Source of the DNA: a virus
Taxonomy: Duplodnaviria; Caudoviricetes
IMG/VR virus record: IMGVR_UViG_3300005980_000003
Span: 1-54,156 of that record
DNA: 54,156 nt
Strand: one strand, 5' to 3'
The notes below the pieces were generated by a model. The model was not told the origin of the DNA. It searched no databases and was given only the letters and a program-made list of their open reading frames with translations. Shown piece after piece: positions 49,165 to 54,156 of this stretch (positions within the stretch are counted from its first letter, which is position 1; each line of letters begins with the position of its first letter). The translations under genes and the position numbers were made by a program.

Positions 49165-50844
49165 TTATCCAACTTTGCGATTCTCGTACAACTCATCTTG
49201 CCAGTTGCGCTGTGTAAGCCTTCCTGTTGAGGCTTCGTAGTAGGTCTTACAAGTACCTGTCTTGCCATACTTGCGATTCTTCAAAAGACGAATGATGCTA
49301 CAGTTTGGATCTTGCGCTTGTTTATTTCTTTCGAAGCCGAAAATCATATGGGAATATCGCATCAATGCACGAGAGCCAGTAAACTGAGACTCCAATACCC
49401 GACCACCATTCTCGTGACTTTTAGAACTTTTTTCAGGTGAGTTCAAGTGACTAAGTACAACAGCCTCGAAGTCAAACTTCATTGCTAGATCAGCAAACTC
49501 TTTTGCCACCAGACCAATGAATTCATTCTTCTCAGAGGTATTCAAACCTTCAGAGAGGGTTGTCATGTTGTCGACAATTACGCAATCAATGTCATTACCA
49601 TGGGTACGGATGGCTTGCTTGATGGATGCCCAAGTAGTTTCAGGATCACTGTTCTCATCTGGATTCCATATGATTAAGTACTCATTGATTTCATTGGCAG
49701 TAGCTCGCAATACATCTTTATCAAACTGAGTGCCTGGCACATGGTAAGGTATATCATCCAGCTTCCCGCACACGTTACGTACTGTCTCAGCCGGACTTTC
49801 TTCCATCATGATTACAAGGGATTTCCACTTGTAATGACGGAAGTTGTGGGCAGCCAATTCATGAGCAATAAGGGATTTACCAACACCAACACCAGCACCA
49901 ATGGCAATTAACTCTTTCTTACGTTGACCATAAGTCAGGTCAGTTACACCGGGCCAAGGGTAGTCATTGCCGTATACAACTTCCTCACATGCTTCATCAA
50001 TGAGGCTGTTAACTGTGAGCATAGAGGTAGGCATTGGCTTTTCAGCGTGGTAAACAAGGGCATCCCGTGTAGCTCGCATCAATCCATTGCGGAGACATGC
50101 GTTTGCATCTTTGGCTGGTAGTGCAGCAATTTGACAGTCAGGCAGCAGCCGGGACTTAACAGCTTTAGCCGCCTTCTTCCCAGGACCATCATTATCAAAC
50201 GCCAGAACAACCTTTTTCCAAGTCTTGTTAATCTCATCCAAATGGCGAGAAATATCCTCAATAGCGCTATCAGATCCGTGATTGAGGGAAACCACGGCCA
50301 CACCTTGTTCAGCATATGCCGTACCCCTATTCATCTGGATAAGAATGTTGCGAAGTGCAATGGCGTCTTCCTCACCTTCTGTAATGTACAGAGGGAGTCC
50401 ACCAACCTTCTTAGCGCCTATCCACCCGTAAAGATCACAATTCTTGGTATCACCAATAGACCACATGATCTTCTTGTTAAGCAGTTTTACCTTGTAACCA
50501 ACAACCTTGCCGTCACGTGTATAAGGATGCATCACAGTGTCAGGAGTTACCCCATCACGTTCTGACATGCCTAAACGAACGCCAAAGTATTTCCAATCTG
50601 CTGGGGGAATTGCACGGTGTGTGAAATTAACAAACCCACACTTCCGTGCATCCGCCACTTCTTGTTCAATCTCTGCTTCTGTCTTAACAACAATCTCAGG
50701 TTCATTGCCGCCGTATGGATCAGGAACATATGTAGCGCATACGTGGCAATAACCTGTGTACTTACCGTTGTCAAAATACGTTTGCAGCCCATCACTACTG
50801 CCACAAGAATGCGGTAGCTTTTCGATGCATTGTCCAGCCACCAA
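49165..50844 (-). CDS. DNA primase/helicase (T7 gp4-like)
   Basis: Zn finger CGSSD..CHVC; TOPRIM ITEGEEDA and FDNDGPG; Walker A AGVGVGKS; LSHL; KNRKYG. Confidence 0.95.
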   Translation of the reverse strand: MVAGQCIEKLPHSCGSSDGLQTYFDNGKYTGYCHVCATYVPDPYGGNEPEIVVKTEAEIEQEVADARKCGFVNFTHRAIPPADWKYFGVRLGMSERDGVTPDTVMHPYTRDGKVVGYKVKLLNKKIMWSIGDTKNCDLYGWIGAKKVGGLPLYITEGEEDAIALRNILIQMNRGTAYAEQGVAVVSLNHGSDSAIEDISRHLDEINKTWKKVVLAFDNDGPGKKAAKAVKSRLLPDCQIAALPAKDANACLRNGLMRATRDALVYHAEKPMPTSMLTVNSLIDEACEEVVYGNDYPWPGVTDLTYGQRKKELIAIGAGVGVGKSLIAHELAAHNFRHYKWKSLVIMMEESPAETVRNVCGKLDDIPYHVPGTQFDKDVLRATANEINEYLIIWNPDENSDPETTWASIKQAIRTHGNDIDCVIVDNMTTLSEGLNTSEKNEFIGLVAKEFADLAMKFDFEAVVLSHLNSPEKSSKSHENGGRVLESQFTGSRALMRYSHMIFGFERNKQAQDPNCSIIRLLKNRKYGKTGTCKTYYEASTGRLTQRNWQDELYENRKVG

Positions 50845-50854
50845 TCACCTCCTG

Positions 50855-51202
50855 TTACATGAATTTTTGAGCGAGTACACTTGCAAGGCGAACGTGGCAG
50901 GCATTCTCGGTGTAGTTATCTTCCTTCTTACGGGACATAACACCGGGGATCACATCGAGGATGTCTTGCAGGTTGTTGATTTGTTCTTGCAAGCGGGTTA
51001 CATCTGCTTGACGACGTTGATACTGATCGTCCTTCTCTTTGAATTTCTTCTCAGAAGCCGCAGTCAACTCAGCAATTGCTTGTTCTTGGGTTTGCTGCCA
51101 ATCTTCCAAGGTTGCTTCATGCTCACCAATAATCCGAGCAGTGTAAGTATCCAGCTCAACAACACGAGCTTTGTACAATTCCAGTTCGTCACGCATTTTC
51201 AT
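50855..51202 (-). CDS. Hypothetical coiled-coil protein
   Basis: Heptad-rich, 115 aa; GGAG RBS. Confidence 0.7.
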   Translation of the reverse strand: MKMRDELELYKARVVELDTYTARIIGEHEATLEDWQQTQEQAIAELTAASEKKFKEKDDQYQRRQADVTRLQEQINNLQDILDVIPGVMSRKKEDNYTENACHVRLASVLAQKFM

Positions 51203-51216
51203 AATTAGTTCTCCAA

Positions 51217-51483
51217 TCAGGATTTGTGGGCTTTAGCGCCATCAATGTAGGTGAGCATGCTTTCGTACAATTTACGCTTAGTGCCATACCCGTTAATAAC
51301 TGTGTAGCAACTGCCACCCGTTGAGGTTAAGCGTTGCAACTGCACGCCACCATATGCCCAATCTAAGTGGTAATGACCGACATTCATTTTCCCATCGGTC
51401 ATAAATTCAGTTGGGCTGTTAGTGATGGTGTTTAACTTCAATAGAAGTCTTTCAAGATCAGCTTTGTTGATGCGAGGTTTCAT
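51217..51483 (-). CDS. Hypothetical protein
   Basis: GHYHLDWAYGGVQL motif. Confidence 0.7.
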   Translation of the reverse strand: MKPRINKADLERLLLKLNTITNSPTEFMTDGKMNVGHYHLDWAYGGVQLQRLTSTGGSCYTVINGYGTKRKLYESMLTYIDGAKAHKS

Positions 51484-51486
51484 ACG

Positions 51487-51885
51487 TTAACCATCCATAT
51501 GGAAAATATGATTATCCCACTTGCCAATTACGACAATGGTTCCGTCTGCATAAAAATAAATAGCTTCGTATTCGCCACCAACATTACGACTAATCACACC
51601 AATTGCGTACACGATGTGCTTAATGCTGGAGCCAATAACCACATTAGATAATGTCGTCACCTTCTCCCATGTACCGTCCTTATCAATCTCTGATAAGAAC
51701 AAATGGTTGCGTGGATCTACGATGTTGCACACAGCTACAACTTGGTGAATAAGGCTTTTAGGGTTATTCAAATCAATGCAGCTAGGCAGTTTCCCCATTG
51801 CAATAACCATGTCTCTCAGTTCGCAATGTAGGTACTGCTTGCATGGATCAAGTTGTATACGAATACCGCTAATAGTTTTCCCCAT
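51487..51885 (-). CDS. Hypothetical protein (start MGKTI)
   Basis: GAGG RBS; downstream of terminator. Confidence 0.6.
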   Translation of the reverse strand: MGKTISGIRIQLDPCKQYLHCELRDMVIAMGKLPSCIDLNNPKSLIHQVVAVCNIVDPRNHLFLSEIDKDGTWEKVTTLSNVVIGSSIKHIVYAIGVISRNVGGEYEAIYFYADGTIVVIGKWDNHIFHMDG

Positions 51886-51906
51886 GTTCCTCACCAGTTT
51901 TGAAAC

Positions 51907-51945
51907 AAAAAAAAAAAGCCCTATCACCACGATGGCAATAGGGCT
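51907..51945 (-). terminator. Rho-independent terminator
   Basis: AGCCCTAT...ATAGGGCT stem followed by 11 T on minus strand. Confidence 0.85.
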
Positions 51946-51982
51946 GGGAGGTGCTGGGCTGCGTTGTGGGCAACCCTAGCTG

Positions 51983-52387
51983 TTACAGCAGGTCAGCGGA
52001 TGCCTCGCCTTCTTCCTGGGCTTCACCGGCTTCCTGTTCGGCACCGGCTACAGGCGCCTGAGCGGCACCTTTCAGCTTGGCAGCGCGTGCAGCCTTGGCA
52101 CTGGCCTTCTCTGCGTTCAGCTCGACTGGCTCGGTGTCCCAGGTGCTCAGGAAGGCACGGAACTCAGCAATGGCGTTAGCCCGCATGGTGCGGCCACGGC
52201 CGGTTTCGCCTTCGCTGTTCAGGAATGCTTCAACATCAGCAGGGACAACAACTACGAAGTCCAGTTTTGCTTGGTGCTTCTCCGCTTGTTCCAGGGTTTT
52301 GAATTGTTTGCCGTCTTCGGTGGTGAACACTTCAACTTGTACGGCCTGGGATTTGATCTTCGATACAACAGCTTGTGCTTCGGACAT
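51983..52387 (-). CDS. Likely highly expressed hypothetical protein
   Basis: GC-rich host-like codons, AGGAG RBS, own terminator; FTTEDGKQF motif. Confidence 0.8.
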   Translation of the reverse strand: MSEAQAVVSKIKSQAVQVEVFTTEDGKQFKTLEQAEKHQAKLDFVVVVPADVEAFLNSEGETGRGRTMRANAIAEFRAFLSTWDTEPVELNAEKASAKAARAAKLKGAAQAPVAGAEQEAGEAQEEGEASADLL

Positions 52388-52474
52388 AATTTGTTTCTCC
52401 TAGGATGTTTAGTTACTCGCATGATTGCAAGAAATCTAAGTTGGCATATCTGCCAGTGTTTGAGGTCGGGTTTA

Positions 52475-53182
52475 CTAACGGCCCAACGCTACATTTAACA
52501 ACTCTCTTTTAAAACCAGTTGCAAACTTTTTAGCAGCTTGTGTGTTTGTCAGAATGCCGATAACGATTAGCTCGATGTCGTCTTCTTTAACTGCACACAA
52601 CCCACTTGACTTTCCATACCTGATAACAGCATGCATCCGTCCATCCCATAGATACCTGCTGTTATAGTTGCGTTCTTTGTATTGCGTTCCCACAATCGCT
52701 TTGCGAATAAGATCATTGCGCTCTTGCGACGACAACTTTGGTTGTTCCAAGTACCTCATAGCAAAATCTAAAATACGACCAAGGTCCGTCAAGAGAATGT
52801 TTACACGCCTCGACTCACAGTGACTAATCAGATTCCTTACGACTTCCTCTTTGTAGCACCCAAAATCATTACCAAGCTTTACCGCATTACGATGGAAGTT
52901 AAAGTACTGTGGTTGAATCACAGTTGGGGAGTTAACACCAGCAATGTAGGATCGGTTTAATTCAAGCGCCGCGATCCTGACAGCATTGTCGTCACAAATC
53001 TTCATCAGACCAAAAGGAATTAAAGTGGCTTTGAAAATGTTGACGGCTTCCTTCATGGTCCACACTACCCAAGCTTCATTTTCCCAAAAAACAATTTGGT
53101 TCTCTTTAGCTAGCAAGGCAATGTCATGTTTCTCCATCCACGTCTTAATCAGTTCAACAACTACTTCTTGATCATTTGTCAT
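52475..53182 (-). CDS. Hypothetical protein (~235 aa, start MTNDQ)
   Basis: Long ORF coupled by ATGA to the upstream gene; no recombinase motifs seen. Confidence 0.7.
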   Translation of the reverse strand: MTNDQEVVVELIKTWMEKHDIALLAKENQIVFWENEAWVVWTMKEAVNIFKATLIPFGLMKICDDNAVRIAALELNRSYIAGVNSPTVIQPQYFNFHRNAVKLGNDFGCYKEEVVRNLISHCESRRVNILLTDLGRILDFAMRYLEQPKLSSQERNDLIRKAIVGTQYKERNYNSRYLWDGRMHAVIRYGKSSGLCAVKEDDIELIVIGILTNTQAAKKFATGFKRELLNVALGR

Positions 53183-53394
53183 GGCCTGTTGCATACCTTT
53201 GTCAGTTTCTCTACAAGCCAAACAAACAAGGCGCATGTCCAAGCCAATGGCCAAATTACCCCCAAGAGTATGAATAGTACGATGGGGCCTTCTTCAACTG
53301 GCCCAGTCTTCTTCTCTATCTTGACCGACAATACAAAGGTGTAAATGCCACACACCAAGTACAACAAACAAACTGCAACTGATAGTGAAAACAT
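53179..53394 (-). CDS. Two-TM membrane protein
   Basis: AGGAGG RBS; two hydrophobic helices, WP motif. Confidence 0.7.
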   Translation of the reverse strand: MFSLSVAVCLLYLVCGIYTFVLSVKIEKKTGPVEEGPIVLFILLGVIWPLAWTCALFVWLVEKLTKVCNRP

Positions 53395-53411
53395 TTAACC
53401 TCCTTACTTAA

Positions 53412-53518
53412 TGGGTGCAGATGGTCGGTGTGTCTTTTCGTTGGAGTCCCAAATGTTCTTCCGCCTCGACCAAGCCGTTATGTTCAACCAGGTTCCAGGC
53501 GCTCGTTTTCATCTGCAT
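53412..53518 (-). ncRNA. Putative structured RNA unit C
   Basis: Terminal stem TGCAGATG/CATCTGCA; 3' end ...GCACCCA. Confidence 0.45.
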
Positions 53519-53522
53519 AAGA

Positions 53523-53640
53523 GGTGCAAAACCATTCACCAGCTCTCCACCCTGTCTTTCACCAAGGCTGGCTGCCGCCGCTACTTGTGCTACTAGATTG
53601 GATCAGGATTGCTTTTACCTAAGGTTGAATGGTTCTGCAT
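53523..53640 (-). ncRNA. Putative structured RNA unit B
   Basis: 14-bp terminal stem TGCAGAACCATTCA/TGAATGGTTTTGCA (one G-U on minus strand); 3' end ...GCACC. Confidence 0.5.
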
Positions 53641-53646
53641 AAAAGA

Positions 53647-53737
53647 TGGTGCCCTTGGGAGTCGAACCCAACCACACAGCTATGCGCTGGTCATAAGAAG
53701 CCCACTCAGGGTTATCGTATCTATCAGGAGTTGCACC
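53647..53737 (-). tRNA. tRNA-like element (non-canonical or pseudo-tRNA), unit A
   Basis: Perfect T-arm TTGGG-TTCGACT-CCCAA then GGGCACCA; 5' GGTGC pairs with 3' GCACC; no clear D or anticodon arm. Confidence 0.55.
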
Positions 53738-53912
53738 CGACATTCTTACTCAGTGTGGTTAACCTCTACAGGCACCGAAACAGTATGTACAAAAGGCATA
53801 CGTAGTACGATACGAAAAGCCTGAAATTAGCTTATGCAAATTCCATTCCTTTGTGTGCAATCAAATTGCGTGCAACAGATATTGCATCTTATGTCTTGGT
53901 TTATGTGCTTTG

Positions 53913-53925
53913 TAAGTCATTGATT
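53913..53925 (-). promoter_or_regulatory. IHF consensus site in the attP arm
   Basis: AATCAATGACTTA matches WATCAANNNNTTR; ~62 bp from att core. Confidence 0.55.
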
Positions 53926-53987
53926 ATAAAGGCTGTACACTTCGAAGTTGCCTTAAGTCCATAAAAGCCCTCAAGCCCTTCCTCATG

Positions 53988-54002
53988 CGGGATAATACGC
54001 CA
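53988..54002. repeat. attR core, 15-bp direct repeat CGGGATAATACGCCA
   Basis: Identical to 80-94. Confidence 0.88.
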
Positions 54003-54102
54003 ATATCCCATCTGTTAGATCATGATTTTTAACCGAAGCTTATTGATGATATAGTACGTATATACATACCATGTACCACAGTACTAAATCGACGGAGACC
54101 TC

Positions 54103-54156
54103 ATGGCTCGTGGCGGCATAAACAAAGCAGTCGTTCAGACGGCACGCCTGGCGATC
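54103..54156 (+). CDS. tnpT: 5' end of host TnpT-like (KfrA_N DNA-binding) cointegrate resolution protein T, truncated by window edge
   Basis: GGAG RBS; MARGGINKAVVQTARLAI resembles the recalled N-terminus of Pseudomonas TnpT-family proteins; GC-rich. Confidence 0.75.
   Translation, partial: MARGGINKAVVQTARLAI

Larger units (their letters stand above)
80..54002 (-). mobile_element. Integrated Chaseviridae-like myophage (prophage), 53,908 bp between att cores
   Basis: Full set of replication, head, contractile-tail and lysis genes plus single-subunit RNAPs; flanking direct repeat; host gene starts outside; gene order circularly permuted (lysis genes abut the early RNAP at ~10 kb). Confidence 0.85.

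Noticed and set aside
52475-53254. ORF near attR as the phage integrase
   Set aside because: No R...HxxR...Y or serine-recombinase motif visible; a profile search is still needed to exclude it fully.
53647-53737. Canonical tRNA with assignable anticodon
   Set aside because: Only the T-arm and 5 bp of acceptor stem are evident; no convincing D or anticodon arm.
53411-53824. Plus-strand ORFs 53411-53596, 53415-53642, 53609-53824
   Set aside because: Overlap the structured RNA units, lack RBS and oppose the local transcription direction.

Overview
The window is an apparently complete ~53.9 kb Chaseviridae-like myophage genome, almost all on the minus strand, integrated as a prophage. It carries T7-type replication genes, a class II RNR, DUF1073/DUF2213/DUF2184 head genes, a DUF3383 contractile tail and a GH24 lysis cassette. 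It is bounded by a 15-bp direct repeat, CGGGATAATACGCCA (80-94 and 53988-54002). Outside the repeat are the divergent starts of two Pseudomonas-type genes that I recognise as Tn4651/Tn4652-family tnpS (MSDLDRYL..., tyrosine recombinase) and tnpT (MARGGINKAVVQTAR...). I see no phage integrase or repressor. The main inference is that a phage from a nominally lytic family integrated at the crossover core of the host TnpS/TnpT resolution site using host recombinases, as CTXphi does with XerCD/dif. Other notable features are two divergent ~600-aa single-subunit RNA polymerases, clusters of putative structured or tRNA-like ncRNAs on both sides of attP, a YqaJ/lambda-exonuclease domain inside the tape-measure-position protein, and a single plus-strand exported-protein gene. 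All family calls come from motif recognition by eye; no database search was run.
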